Below the pieces are notes generated by a model that worked only from the letters and a program-made list of their open reading frames with translations, made no database searches and was not told the origin of the DNA. From Diplonema japonicum (taxonomy: Eukaryota; Protista; Euglenozoa: Diplonemea): DNA of 64,000 bases. Of the stretch, positions 22,248 through 35,449 are shown piece by piece. The stretch spans positions 310,001-374,000 of the forward strand of contig OZ025668.1 of assembly GCA_964019335.1 (NCBI GenBank), read 5' to 3'. The position numbers were made by a program, and so were the translations under genes. The stretch's first letter is position 1, and each line of letters opens with the position of its first letter.

Positions 22248-23448
22248 TATTTTCTGAGATTCGACCACCTTTGAAAAAAATGAAAAAAAGAAAAAAAGAA
22301 ATTGCAACTTGACTTTAGTGGGGAAATCTAGCAAGACCACACCGACACCCTTGTGAAGCTTCGCCCCGAAGCCTCTCGAGTCCCCCTGTGGCCCCGTAGA
22401 AAAAAGAGTGACATTTCCCTTATTTTCTTTTTTTTTTCGTTGAAAGATGCCCTAAATACTCTTTTTATTCTTCCCCATCTTTTTTTTTTTCTTTCTTTTT
22501 TGTTCGAAAAACAAAAACAAAATCACGCCACAGGCTCGAGGAGCACCACCCTTTAGAATAAGAGTTGTTGTTGGTTTCTCTTTTTTTTTCCCCCCCTCTT
22601 TTTTGTAATCTTTTTTTTGAAAAAGGGGAAAGTTGAAAAGAGCTGGAAAGAGGAATATTTTTTGGCGGAGTGAGGGGAAGGAGGGAGAGGTGTAAAAAAG
22701 AGTCGGTTGATTGTTGTTGGTACACAGCCGGGGTTAACCTGTAGAAGGACAAGCCCAACAGTGCTACCACTACTCTTTTTAGCACTAACAATTCATTAAT
22801 AAAAAAAAACCCTTCTCTCTCTCTCCCTCCCCTCCCCCGCCAAAATATTCATCTCAAGATCAAAAAAACAGGGGAGAACGCAAGCAATAATAGCCCACCC
22901 AATGGTGGTATGCCTACTTAGAAATGCTCCCTTCTAGGACCTTGCTTCAACCAGTAAGGAAAAAAAAAAAAAAACAAAGGATAATAATATGGTGGGGAAG
23001 GAAAAGAAGAAAGAGAACTGTACATGCCCCCCCCCCCCCCCCCCTTTCCCCCGTCTCTCGGTGTCTTGTTACATAACTCAGCAACTTGTTTCTGCTGATT
23101 CACTTCTTTTGTTTTTTCCAGTTCGTAGAAGAAAAAAAAAAACCCCCCCTCGTACTGCCAATTCGCTTAAATACATGAAGCTGGCGGTAAGACTTAAAGT
23201 GGGTGAAAGAAGAGCAAATGAGGAGAAAAAAAAAAAGAGAGAGAGAAAAGAGGAGGTAGAAAAAAAAAAAGATTCCGTATAAAAAAAAAATAATATACCC
23301 ACTAACCTAGCGCACGTCCTAATTAAATGAAGCGAAGGTAAGGAGGAAAAAAAAAAGGGGGGGGGAAATATACATACACACACAGGCACACTCACTCTTG
23401 CGTAAATCAGAGAACATACATAAAAAACCCCTTTTTTTTCCCATTTTC

Positions 23449-23479
<31 letters not shown>

Positions 23480-23656
23480 ATAAGAGTTAATTGCTTTGGT
23501 TCATCGTTTTGTTTCTTTTTTTTTATTTTTTATATTCATTTCATCTCAGGTTATACTTCAGCAAGGTAAGGGAGGTTGGAAGGGGAAGTGTTGGATAAAT
23601 GATAGAAATAAATAAGGAGAAGGCTTCTACAACTTTCTTCCCCCCCCAGGCGAGGG

Positions 23657-23952
23657 CTACGTTGCCGGCGTACGCGTACTATAGGTTAAGGGTCAAAGGG
23701 CTTACGTTGGATGAAAGGGACGAACGGGAGTGGGGCAAAAATGGATGGAAGAGAGGGTGGGTGGACTTTAGAGTCTGACCTGAATTATATCTCTGGGCTT
23801 TGTCAAATCCCAATGGCGGATCTTTGGCTTTGACTTGGCCACGCCCCCTTGCACATCCCACCATATGCCCGGTGAATATTGCCCTAGACTTTTCCTGAAG
23901 ACTTTCCAAAAACGAATGCTGTCGCAAAAAATGCCGTCCGCCGACAACGTAG
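23657..23952. mobile_element. MITE-like element (296 bp)
   Basis: Imperfect 18-bp TIRs ctacgttgccggcgtacg / cgtccgccgacaacgtag (16/18); GGG on both flanks. Confidence 0.55.
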
Positions 23953-24119
23953 GGGGGGGGGGGGGGGGGGGATAATAACTATGATAGGTGTTAACTAGGA
24001 TGTAAACAAAAGTTCAAATGAGCAAAGGAACCCAGGAGAGAAGATTCTTTTTTTTCTGACTCGAATTACTTAACATTTATAACCTCCCCTTTTTCCCCTC
24101 TTTTTTTTTTTTTTTTTTA

Positions 24120-24495
24120 AACCACTGAGCCCACGGCTAAAAACCCGGGAAAAAAAAGTCCATTTTTGAGTCCTAAAAAAAAAAAATCCAAAAGAAAAAT
24201 GGTAGCATTTACCCATATAAAGTAAAAACACTATTCTAGCCCAGATTTAGCTTGCGTTTCACACCTCTGGCGTCCGAAGGCCTATCGGTGAGTTTCTGGT
24301 ATTTGTCGGTGTTTCGGGCTACTGAAGATCACGGACCGGATGCCCCCGTTCAGGTGGAGTCGGGTGTTCCTCATTGTCACTTTCCCGGATTTTGGACCCT
24401 TTAAATTCTTAAAATACTGCCGAAAAAGGGCAGCATTTAGCCAAACAAAGTGGGGGGGGGGGGGGAATCAAAAAATAATTGTGGGTTTAGTGGTT
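24120..24495. mobile_element. MITE-like element (~376 bp)
   Basis: aaccactgagcccac / gtgggtttagtggtt inverted repeat (13/15); TTAA/TCAA-like flanks. Confidence 0.4.
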
Positions 24496-24564
24496 CAATT
24501 CTAAAAGAAAAAAAAGAAGCTCTTTCTACTTTCCGGACTTTTCCTTTGTCGGAGGAAAAAAAAA

Positions 24565-25287
24565 CTCAAAGTACAGGACAAGCCCCCCGCTAGAGGGCCG
24601 CCCTATGGGAGGGGGGGGTCTATCTGTTAATACTCCCCTTCTGGAGCGTTGCTTTCATTCCGATTGAGGCCGTGAGCGTCTTGCGGAGTCGTGTGATGCG
24701 GTCCCGCTTGTAGTCGGCTTTCAATTCCATTAGCTTGTCGTGCGTGGAGCGGGTGGCGAAAATAGGCCTCCTGGAGAAACCAATAGCTGCCTTTCCTCCA
24801 ATGGCGATGAGGGACTTCACTCTTTTTCTCTCGTCCGCTGGGAAGGGGCGTCGCTTCTTCCGTGCCCTGCATGCTGTGTTTATCTTTACGATGAGAGCTT
24901 TGATTCTGTGCGCCCTATCTTCCAGCAGGCCTCCCAAAGACCTTCCGGTCGTCCATTCGAAGTCAATGGCCAGTTCCACCGCCGACACCTCCGAGGTGGT
25001 GTCCTTCTCCACCCAGCGCAGCTGTGACAACCATTGTAACAACGGGTTCAGGTACTGGGACAGAACCCCGCTCACTCCTTCGAGCTCGCCAGCTATCGGA
25101 ACGGGGCATCTCTTACCTACCACATTTCGAATCCACGGTAGCGGCTGTGTGTTGACATCCTCCTTCTGTACGTCTCGTTTCTCAACCACCACGGCTAAGT
25201 ATCGTTGCAGCTTCTCTACGCAAAGTCATGCCTCTCGGCAGAATCGCGTGCAATTCCAGACACAGGGGCCATCCTGTCCTGTTGCGC
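24565..25287 (-). mobile_element. 5'-truncated non-LTR-like retroposon fragment (tail type B)
   Basis: ORF 24620-25192 contains QWLSQLRW...VSAVELAIDFEWTTG...IGFSRRPIF, paralogous to 45948-46997. Upstream LQRYLAVV also aligns. Bounded by T-tracts on the sense strand at both ends. Confidence 0.8.
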
Positions 25288-25387
25288 AAAAAAAAAAGAA
25301 AAAAAAAAAAAAGAAAAAAAAAGAAAAAAAAGAAAAATACAAAGGAGAACGGCACAAATTGGAGAGAATAGAAGTTGGGGGAACAAA

Positions 25388-25773
25388 ATGGGGCTCTGAT
25401 TGCAACACTAGGTGGCGTTAAGCGTGCAATGAAGCACGAACTACTTGATTACAGGGGGCGCTCCTCGGCCGAGTTGTAGCTTCTTCTGCGTTCCGCGTCG
25501 TGTCCTTAATGCGTGCGGTGTGCTCAACCCTAGCCGGGGCGTCCCGGGTAACCAAGATTCTGCGCTCGTGCAGTTTGCTGCCTGTTCGTCACCCTGAGCA
25601 TCTGCGTTACGTTCTTCCACTCGGGCGCTACCGGTGATGACCGACGAGGAGGTCAACAGCGAACAACACATCTGATCTTTTTCTTATATTTCCATGTTAT
25701 CCCCACCACCTACAAAAAGAAATGGTAATTAACTATTCCTCTTCCCATATGCGATGGTACAAAAAAAAATTCA
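25388..25773 (-). repeat. SINE-like interspersed repeat, copy A
   Basis: Near-identical to 26193-26511 and 41671-42059. Confidence 0.9.
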
Positions 25774-25921
25774 GACTTTTAAATCAACACATACAAGGCA
25801 CGTATGGTAGGTACCTTTTCGACGCCCACGCTGCCCCTCCCCCCCCAAAAAAAGAAAAAGAAACCATAGCAGAAACAAAACACAAAAATCTCACTTTTTT
25901 TTTCCTTCATTGGTTAATTTG

Positions 25922-25962
<41 letters not shown>

Positions 25963-26192
25963 GGGCAATTATTTTACACCTCCCTAGGAGGGAGGTGGCC
26001 GCCTGAGGCAGATGCTTGCGCATCATTATTATTTTTTTGTCCCCCCCCATTTCCTCACTCTTTTAAACGTTGACACACTTATTTCCAAGGGGAAGGGAAA
26101 AGGAATAAAAAAAAAGAGAAGAAAAAAAATGTGTACTTTTAGTATGTTGGTTTACAGTAAAAAAAAAAAAAAATTCTAAAAAAAAAAAAAAA

Positions 26193-26511
26193 ATGGGGCT
26201 CTGATTGCAACACTAGGTGGCGTTAATGAAGCACGAACTACCTACTTGATTACAGGGGGCGCTCCTCGGCCGAGTTGTAGCTTCTTCTGCGTTCCGCGTC
26301 GTGTCCTTAATGCGTGCGGTGTGCTCAACCCTAGCCGGTGCGTCCCGGGTAACCAAGATTCTGCGCTCGTGCAGTTTGCTGCCTGTTCGTCACCCTGAGC
26401 ATCTGCGTTACGTTCTTCCACTCGGGCGCTACCGGTGATGACCGACGAGGAGGTCAACAGCGAACAACACATCTGATGTACTTCTTATATTCCCATGTTA
26501 TCCCCACCACC
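26193..26511 (-). repeat. SINE-like interspersed repeat, copy B (5'-shorter)
   Basis: Near-identical to copy A; flanked by long plus-strand A-runs on both sides. Confidence 0.9.
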
Positions 26512-26544
26512 ATAACCAAAAAAAAAAAAAAAAAAAAAAAAAAA

Positions 26545-26804
26545 TTAAAGAGGTAAAAGGAAATCCCTGATCTGGGACGTCCTGTCTTGTTATTCTACCT
26601 GCCCCTATCTCCCTTCAGCGGCTTCGGTCTTTCCTTTTTGGGCTGAGCCCGCTCCCTCATGGCGCTCACCCGCTCCTTCTGCCACTGCTGTCTCAGTTTC
26701 TGGAGGTCCTTCTTCGTCTGTTCCGAGACGTGCAGCGGTCTTCTGTCCCAGCCCAAGACCTTTCTCCCCCCTATGGTCCTCAGGCCGTGGTTCCGCCGTT
26801 GCTC

Positions 26805-26805
<1 letters not shown>
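26545..26805 (-). mobile_element. 5'-truncated retroposon fragment (tail type A)
   Basis: Encodes GLRTIGGRKVLGWDRRP...PLKGDRGR*, matching TLRSIGRTKAVIGWNRRA...PLLKGDRCR* at 45948. T-tracts of ~27-30 nt on both sides. Confidence 0.8.
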
Positions 26806-26836
<31 letters not shown>

Positions 26837-26838
<2 letters not shown>

Positions 26839-27634
26839 ACACCCGTTGGAAGTGAACCTCAGGAGAGACCCCACGGTGGGCAGTACGCTGCGTGGGTGAA
26901 GGGATGCTTTGTGTAGACCCATCAAAGGGAATATCTATCCTCGGGCCTGTGCTGAGCAACGGCACAGAAGGTGACGACGGGTCGCTGTGGATGGTGGTCT
27001 TCAGGTACGAAATTTGGTCTGCCAGTTCCGCCTTGAAATGCTTGGTTCGAGACCGCAGAAGGTCTGTTTGCTTCAGAAGGTCGCCTATCTCAGACTCCAT
27101 CCGCCGCTCGGGTGGTGCTGACATCCTTCTGGTAAGGTTTCGCGAGGGACCTCCATTCTGATATCCCGCTCCAGGCTGTGTTGAAGAGAGATATGTTGGT
27201 TTAACAGTTTCGCTCCTCCGCATCCCACTGTGACGGTCCCCCACCGGTGGTGAAACAATACCATTAGGGGCTGTGGGGTACACAGAAACGCTTGCTGGCG
27301 TTGGTGGCGTGTACCCCTTAAAGCTTTCCATGCTTTGTGCCAAGGGTGTTGAGGTGATGTCTCTGGAAACCGCGGGCTGCTGCACAACAACCTGCTGCGG
27401 CGGGGGCTCGATCTCTGTCAGCACCGTGAGCTTCTCGTTCTGTTGTCTCTCCACCATATCAGCCTGCACCATGGCCAATCGCCTGCCTTCCTCCCCATCA
27501 ACCTTTCTCAGATAAACAAAACACCCGACTGAAACTATCAACAGCAAAAGCCCCTGTGTGTGTTTGTGTGTATATGTTTTTTTTCTTCTTTTTCATCTCC
27601 CAATGCATACCACTGCTAATATGGGTAGTATCAT
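26837..27634 (-). CDS. Hypothetical protein with N-terminal TM/signal anchor; intron 27554-27610
   Basis: A 24-nt first exon MILPILAV splices in frame to GLLLLIVSVGCFVYLRK through a GT-AG intron. Confidence 0.7.
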
Positions 27635-28229
27635 TTTGAATAGACTTTTTTTTTTTTTTTTTTATATTTTCATGGGGCCTCTCTGGGGTTTTTTTTTTTG
27701 GTTTTGCTTTTTTTTTTCTTCCTGTGCGGGTTTTTTTTATATTTTCTTTTTAGAAAAATTTAAAAAAGAAAAGAAAAAACAATTCTATAACGACAAAAAA
27801 AAAAAAAAAGAAAGAAAAAAAAAATAAGCCAGGAATGTGAAGCGTGGGGAAGGGAACAAACAGGACGGGGGAATGGGGGGAGATACGGAGAGAAAAAGAA
27901 AACAAACAAAACATAAATTCCCCCAATAGTCCCATCTTTCAGGACTGAAATAAATAAATAAGAAAGGTACCACGCTATCTCCCCCCCCCCCCCCCCCCCT
28001 TTCCCCTTTTTTTAAAAAATAAAGCCTCCCAGCCCATCCATTAAAGGCGTCATAGAAACCACCTTTCGCTCCCTAAAGCAAACTAACGGGGGAACAAAAA
28101 AAAACTTTTTTTTCCGACGGAGTGAGGTGTTAGCAACGATCCCATCAAAAAAAAAAAAGAAAGAAAACACTCAAAAAGAATTAAATACCCCCCTATTTTA
28201 AAACTACTTTTACTACTTTTCTCCCCCCT

Positions 28230-28855
28230 CTAAGGCTCTCCTCCTGGCGGCTTCCCGCAAATTACTTCGACCAGCGATTTTGCAAGTTTTTGACCCTATT
28301 TTTTTTTTTTTTTTTTTCCCTTCTTTTTTTTTTCTTCCCCTTCCCCCCATACATCAGTCACGGCAGGTGGTGAAGACCCCCCACCCCCGTTTCCTGCTGA
28401 ACGAGGTGACACAACTTCACGCAGGCAGGACAACAGAATTTCGTCTTGTTTCAAGATGGTCAAGAGCTGCTCGTTGCCCGTCTTCGTGATGCCCTGCAAC
28501 ACGTGAAGAACGCAGCTGACCACTTGAATGTCGGTGCTGTCGCCTTTCAGACTGTGATCTGTCAGGCACGTCCTGAGGTGCCCTCGGGACTGGTTGGAAA
28601 GAAGCCTCTCGGCAACATGGTTGTCGCCCTCGGACAGCTGGACTGCAAGCATCAAGCAGTGCGCTGCAGTGTCACACGCCTCCGCCGTCGCTGCCAGCAC
28701 ACAGTACAGTTCCACGTTCTTCAACAGCATCGCCACAGCAGCCTTGTCCTCCTTCGTCTTGGTGCTCTGCAGCAACCACAGACATATCTCCAAGCACGGC
28801 TCGAAGAACGACTCCACTGAGTTCTGAAACGCGTACGACAGGACTTGGTTCAGCT

Positions 28856-28894
<39 letters not shown>

Positions 28895-31800
28895 CTTACG
28901 AACCTTGCCCACTACCCCCAGCTCGAACACTGTCGCCAGCGACATCGCCGGACACGTCATCACCTTCAGCACCAGCTTCACGTTGTGGACGTTGTTGTTC
29001 CTGTGTTCCAGCTCGAAGAACGCGAACAGCTTCGTGGCCCACTCCTTCTTGGCAAGCTCCGTCACGAACGTCGGGTTCTCTGTTGCGATGCTGTTGAGCA
29101 GCTTCAGCCCGTACAAGGGGATGGGCTCCTCGTCGTCCAGCAACGTGATGAGCTTCGGGAACAGCTTGTTGAGGATGAGGCTCGTGATGGCCGCCTGGTT
29201 GCCACCTTTGTTCTGAAGGTACGGCACTAAGACGTCGATGAAAATCTTAAGAGACATGAAGCGAGTGTCGCCGTGGCGCGACTCAAGCAACTGTGTGAGC
29301 ACAGGGAGGAGAGACTGCACCACCTCGGTAGAGTGCTTCTTCATGGATGCTGTGTCCTGGGACATGGTCTCCGCCATGAGCAGAAGCTGTTGCATGGGAG
29401 AGTCTTCAGTGCCGGAAGTGGGTTCTGCGAGGGACAAACCCTGCGATACCAGCGTTATGAGGTTAGTGGTAATGACAGCAGGTAGGATGCTGTGTGCTGT
29501 GAGGATGTGCGGCACAATGGAGAGTATGTCCCGCAGGGGTGCCATAGGTTGCTTCGTGCCGAGGCTCTGGTTCAGCTTGTTGACGATCATGGCGACTGCG
29601 TTGGAGAGCAGCCCCGTGAAGGTCTGGAAGCATGCGCTGACGTACTTGTCAGTCTCTTTGCTGATACGCTCCAGCAGGGGCGTCAGTTTGCACTCGCAGC
29701 ACATGAAAAGATACCTCAGGTCACACACAGTGAGTAGGCTGATGGCTAGTAGTGTCTTCCCACGGATTACAACTGAAGAGTGTTCCAAGCTGGACATCAA
29801 CCCATGCACAAGGGACTGCGACAAGGTCTCGAGCTCCGACAAGTTCTTTTTGCAGTCGGCATCTGAGAGAACGATTGTCTTGAAGATGTGCTCCCCGCAG
29901 ACACCCTCGCCAGGCTTTCCTTGCTGAGCGGGTGTCGTGAAGTCAACGCTGGCAAGCAGGGACGTCTCCGACAGGTTGTTCTTTTTCAGTACCAAACAGC
30001 ATTTGCATAGCAGCAAGTTCAGGATGTTCAAACAACTCTGCAGACTACGAGTGTTGGACCCACTAGCAAGTCCCTGCACCAGACCGGAGATCCCCATCTC
30101 TTCTAGCACATACAGCAAGCTTGGGTGGTGTGTCCTGCATATCCTGGACACGCTCGAGATAGCGGAGGACTTCAGGTACTCATTCTTCGTTGCCTTGTCA
30201 GAGGTCTGCGGCGGGTTGAAGTTGAGCAGCAGTGCCTTGATCACTTCGGGCTCGGCGAAGTGGTTGGTGTAGTCGGCATCAGAGTGCCCTGTGATGTTCT
30301 CGATGGTCTTCACAGCGTAGTGCCTCACGGCCTCGTCTTCCGAGTCGAGCCCCCTGCTGAACGACCTGCTGATTTCCTTTCCTACGCCCCATGCTTCCCT
30401 GTCCGCGGGTTGCTGGGTTGCTATGTAAAACAATAATTCCCCCAAGCATGCCACCCCTCGCCTCCGCACCTTGACACTCTTATCGTCGAACAGCACAAGC
30501 AAATGATTCACAATACCCGTCTTCGCCAAGTCGCTGTTGATGAAGGTGGCGTGCCGTATGAGTTGCCCCATGACAAGGCAGAGACGTGCTTTGAGGCCAG
30601 GCGTGTACGATTTGTTCTGGATCATCTTGACGAAGAGGGCCATGAGGAGTGAGTTGATGAAAAGGTTTGCGGTGATAGTAGCGCTGCAGAGGGACTCGAA
30701 GTAGCAAAGGCAATTCTGCTTCTCTGCTATGGTGGTGTGCCCCCCAACAGCGGAGTACATAGATGTCAGGAAGGCTTCGAGGGAAGCGTTGTTCATGTTG
30801 CACACCTCCTGCAGGCTGTGTGCAGGGAAGGGCAGGTCGTCTGCTTCAAACTTGACTTCGGAGAGCCTTTCGACACGCGTGTTGCACATGATGGGCTTCA
30901 CATGGTTGTCACTCGGGTTGAACAGCAGTGCATTAAAGTCACCCACAACTGGTGCAGGGGTGTTCGCGGCGGTATTGGCAATCTCGCCAGTCGACGGCTT
31001 CGGTGGTGCCCGTGGCTGTGTTTCTTTCGGTGCTGCGATTGGCGCACTGACAGGTACTTTGCTCTCCTCCTCTGTCGCAATCGCAGGTGCCATGCTCGGC
31101 GACGGTGCTTCATCCTCGCCCCCTTCATCCTCCTCTTGCGGGGCATCACCAAAGTCCACCTCTGTGTCAGCCTCGAACCCCATCTCACCCTTCCTGTCAT
31201 ACGTCGACGACTGTTGCTCCCGCACCATTTTCTGCTGTGCCGTAGCCGATATCTTCGCGACCTGCTGTCTCCTCCTTTCCTTCACCTCCTTCGACGACTT
31301 GGCGGTCCCCTCCGCAGTCCTCTTCGCTTTGTACAGTTCGAAAGCGGGTTGCTTTGCGGTGACCTGAACGAAGTTCTTCTCCTGCCAGAACTCGTGGTTG
31401 GGGAGGTCAACCCAGTCCAAGCGCTCGAGGGGGTCTTTTTCAAGGAGGCCCTCGAGGATTTCGGTGAAGCCGCGGGAGCAGCCCGTAGGGCGTATGTAGT
31501 CCTTGTAGACTATGTTGTTGATAAGCCCATCTAGCTTTTGGTCGGCGAAAGGGGGTGTGCCGACATAGACTTCATATAAGACGATTCCAAGCGACCAGAG
31601 GTCGCTGGCGAAAGAGAGGACACCTTCCTCTTGAAAAACTTCGGGGGCCATGTAGGTAGGGGTGCCTATTTTGCGCTTGTCGGGAGTAACATCATCAACA
31701 TGGGATGCGAGACCGAAGTCGGAGAGCTTCAGGAAGCCGTGCGCGTCGATCAGGATGTTGCTGGGCTTGAGGTCACAGTAGATGATACCTTTGGAGTGGA

Positions 31801-32134
31801 TGAAGTTCAGAGCAGAGAGGAGGTCCGCAGCAAATGTTACAAGCGTGTCCTCTGGTAAGGAAGTGTCTTGTTTAAGAAGTGTCAACACATCCGATCCCGT
31901 GCAGTACTCTTCGATGAGCCACAGGTGGTTGTTCGTCTCGTACCAATGGAAGAAATGCAAAATGTTTGCGTGGCTCAGCTGGTGCAGCATTGTGACCTCG
32001 TTCAGTACCCTGCTCCTCTGCGCCTTGTCCACGCTCTTGATGGCGTAGTACTCCACCGTCTTCTTCAGCCTCCCCTTGTACACTGTGGAGTGCCTACCCC
32101 TGCCGATCTCCTCGTAGATTTGATAGTTATTCAT
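28230..32134 (-). CDS. ULK4: ULK4/RUNKEL-like Ser/Thr (pseudo)kinase with C-terminal HEAT/ARM repeats; introns 28854-28903 and 28296-28352
   Basis: MNNYQIYEEIGRG...VYKGR, YCDLKPSNIL and DFG, followed by a long helical C-terminus. The poly-Lys ORF ends are poly(A) introns; splicing gives VVGK|LNQVLSYAFQN and AVTD|GQKLAKSL...*. Confidence 0.9.
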
Positions 32135-32307
32135 TCCTTATTAGTTTTTTTTTTTTTTTTTTTTTTTTCGTTATTCTTATTCGAGCATCGTTGATCAAAT
32201 GTCGAGTGTCCTGGTGGGGAAGTTATATAAAAAGCTGGATGATTGAACGGCAAACAAACAATGAAAAAAGAAAGAAGAAAAGAAAAAAAAACACGACCTT
32301 CCCCTTT

Positions 32308-33240
32308 TTATCCCTTTATTAAACCATAGCCATGTGGGGTCGAGGCTCTGAACCACAAGGGTGCTGCCCACTTTTCACCCCGCGTCACGTCGCAGCCACC
32401 ATGAATGGAGTACGGGTCTAGTGTGAAGTCTTTCCGCATGTTGTAAAAAGCAACGGCAGAACCTTTAATGGGGGTGACCTGGGCTCCTGTGGTGCACGAT
32501 GCATTTTTCCAATCTGGGGGAGGGCGGAGCCCACCTGCACGGGGGAATGTGGTGAGCCCTCCTGCTTCCGGTGTTGAGAGGTAGAGGAAAAATGTAATGA
32601 CACGATTCGAGTGCTGTTCGCCATAAAGAGCTGGATCGAAGTAGTCGTTGTGGGCATCATAGTGCTGGCCCTTTTCGTATTTCAGAACTTGGAGCTTTTC
32701 GTGCCATTCCAGTCCAGTCAAGCTGACGACGCGTTGACGTAGCTGAGCCAATGGGCCTGTCTGAGGCAAGTCGATCCAGGACCCCTTAGATGTACGCACA
32801 TTTGACTGTCGATTCACACCGCCACTTCTCGCCACTCTGCTGCGGAATAGCTGTTTTGTCGCTATTGCTATTATCAATTCGCACTCCTCGTCTGTCACTA
32901 GCTTCGGAAAGTACAACACTCGTGGTTTCACTGCCACTGTTAAAAACAGCCTGTCATTTCTCTTTGGGTACTTAAAGGCATCCCTTCCGTACGGGGGTTT
33001 TAGGTTATATTCGCTGGGCACGTTGTCCCCTTCCTTATGCAGCGGTACTCTCGACACCACCCTTCCTTTTAAATCCCTCTCCGTGTAAGGTTCTTCGCTC
33101 AGCTTCAATCCATGGTAGTATCCCTCGCCGGTTTCCCTCCTCGTCTGCAACGCGGGATGTCCTTCATAGCTGAACACAGCTAGGCACAGCCCCAGCACAC
33201 CGCACCACGCACCTGCGAGATGCTCTCTCGATGGTCTCAT
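32308..33240 (-). CDS. Prolyl 4-hydroxylase alpha-like 2OG-Fe(II) oxygenase, type II membrane anchor
   Basis: PRVLYFPKL, RTSKGSW, LQVLKYEKGQHYDAHNDY and HGGCDVTRGEKW. Confidence 0.92.
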   Translation of the reverse strand: MRPSREHLAGAWCGVLGLCLAVFSYEGHPALQTRRETGEGYYHGLKLSEEPYTERDLKGRVVSRVPLHKEGDNVPSEYNLKPPYGRDAFKYPKRNDRLFLTVAVKPRVLYFPKLVTDEECELIIAIATKQLFRSRVARSGGVNRQSNVRTSKGSWIDLPQTGPLAQLRQRVVSLTGLEWHEKLQVLKYEKGQHYDAHNDYFDPALYGEQHSNRVITFFLYLSTPEAGGLTTFPRAGGLRPPPDWKNASCTTGAQVTPIKGSAVAFYNMRKDFTLDPYSIHGGCDVTRGEKWAAPLWFRASTPHGYGLIKG

Positions 33241-33326
33241 CGTTCCATCTGTTGTGGTGGTGGCAAGAAAGGGAAAGAAAACACTCTTTTTTTTTTGAAA
33301 ATCTGTATTCTAGAAAACGAAACAAT

Positions 33327-35384
33327 TTATCTAACAGGAGGCCGTAGTCCGGTTTTTGAAGCTGAAGAGATGGTACTAGCGACGGAAGACCTGCTGCTCG
33401 GCACTAGTTCAGACATCACGGAGGAAGTAGGTGCGGTTGACGATGGGGGGATTGCGAGCTGCTGCTGCTGCAAACTAATAAGATTTTCGAGGACCGCGAT
33501 ACGAGAGGTGAGGTTGGGGGGCGGCTGCGGCTCTTCTTGGGTAGCGAGCCTTGCGAGGGGCGGCGGGGGGCTGGGCACGGGCATCGCAACAGGCGGTGCT
33601 TGCACGGGTTGTACAGGCATTGGCATTGGCACTGGCACTGGTGCAGGTGTAGGTGCGGCCTTCAGTTCCTGCAACTCCTCTACCATGCCCCGCAGCTGAT
33701 TGCTGAGCACTTCGACCTGACTCCGCAAGTACTGCTTTTCACTCCTATTCACAGGCGACCCAAACCGTGACGTTGCTGTGGCCATTGCGCTCTGTTCGTA
33801 ACCCGAGAAGGGAACCTCCCCAGCAGTCTCCTTCTGCTTTATTGCTACCAACGACCTTAGTGATGCTACCTCGGCCTGTGATGGGCTGTTTCTCATGAAA
33901 GATCATACCTGTTTTGCCTTCAGCTGTGTGACCACCGCTGCCCTCGGTTCCACCATGGACCCGTTGCTTGTATTCACCTGACGATCAAAGCTGTCGGCCA
34001 TGATCAATGACTTCGGTGCTGGGGTGTGCGAGGGCGTGACGTTTGGGGTAACTACAGACGCAACAGGAGCAGGCGGCTGCGCTGGCCGCACAATTGGTGT
34101 TACTATGGTTTCGGGCAGAACTTCTTGAGTATCTTGTGGATGCGCCACGTATCTGGTGTCTACGGGCGGGGCGGTGTACATGTAACTGGAGAAGAAGTCG
34201 TTGCTCTGTGGTATAAGATCTCTCTGGTAGGTAAGTTGTATGGGGTCTTTGGTGTGCCAACCGACTTGAGGCTGCAGCCAGAGTTTCGCTGAAAACTGAG
34301 CCGGAAGCACAGTTCCCACTCTGCGTGTGGGGAGGGTGTAACCTGTTTCCTTGGTGTACACCTCGGCGATACTAGACACCCAGCTCTCCACACCTGAAGC
34401 AGGCAAAGTGAGCATCTCGTCGTGTTCCTCAGGGACACGGAGCCCTACAAGCCCGCCGTTGGCGAGCACCATTTCAGATATGGCACGGATGGGGATGCAC
34501 CTAGCCAGCATCGTGTCGCTTCCCTGCAGCACCCATCTGTAGATGGCTTGCGTGCCCACAGCGACGATACCTTCTTTGCTGTTTGCAACGTAGTACACTA
34601 AGGCACCACCCCGACGGGCGAGAACGGGCTTAATGCCCGCAAAGCAGTCTGGGAGCTCCTCAGCGGTGATGCCGACAACGTGCGCACCTAAGCTGATCTT
34701 TGCCACTGCCTCCATGTTGCACACATACATCATATCGATGGTCTTGATCTTGTGGAGGAGAGGAGTGGCGTTGTGCACGGGAGACGGCTGTTCGCTTTGT
34801 GGGATGCTTCGCTCAGAGCAGAGTGATCCAGTCCGCGAGCCTTCCGTCTGGTCCAGCACGTCGAGAGGCGGCAGGTTCCGTTCGAAGAGCTGCCGGTTTA
34901 TTGTTTCAAGCAAATGATCGCTGCTCACGTTTGCGAAGAGCATCTGGTCCTCGTTGTGGAGGTGGATGCAGGTCACGTCCAGAGGCGGGACGGTGAGCAA
35001 GGTGACGTGGCTGAGGCTTTCAAGGAGCGTCTCGGCAAAGTTGCCTTCGTAGTTTATACGAAGCACGTCTTTGAGAACGCTCAACACTGCAGGCTTTGTC
35101 CCCGTAGGGGTGATAAGCGTCAGCTCAATTACCCTATCAGAACCCCCTCGCTGTTCGATATCAAGGATCAGCTTGTTCTCCACCGCTTGTAATACGCTCG
35201 CCAGCTTTTCCACTCCATCGATCCGCTGGTCGTTCATGAAGTGGACGACCCCCCCAGAGGTGACACCTGCTAACGCTGCAGCGCTGCCATCACGGACACT
35301 CTTGATTAAGATAGTGGTGCCTTTTCGCATGTAGTCCATGCCGGGCTTCTCGCCGTCCGACAGCTGAAGGGTGAAGCGGTCCAT
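33327..35384 (-). CDS. PDZ-like domain protein with Pro-rich/coiled-coil C-terminus; intron 33876-33908
   Basis: N-terminal IKSVRDGSAAALAGV...MNDQRI is PDZ-like. A 33-nt GT-AG intron joins ORFs 33903-35384 and 33327-33896 in frame (KAKQ|AEVASL). Confidence 0.75.
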
Positions 35385-35449
35385 CGCATTGTGGGTCCTA
35401 CTAGTAAGTGGAAAAAAAAAAAGGTAGCGAAATAAAAGAAGAAAATAAA

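Noticed and set aside
25441-25671. 76-aa ORF repeated three times (MCCSLLTSS...)
   Set aside because: It is part of the SINE-like repeat, has no recognisable domain, and the fourth copy is broken. Not called as a gene.
28850-28903. Poly-Lys C-terminus of the ULK4 ORF (and similar poly-K/poly-F ORFs throughout)
   Set aside because: These are translations of poly(A) introns or intergenic homopolymers, not protein.
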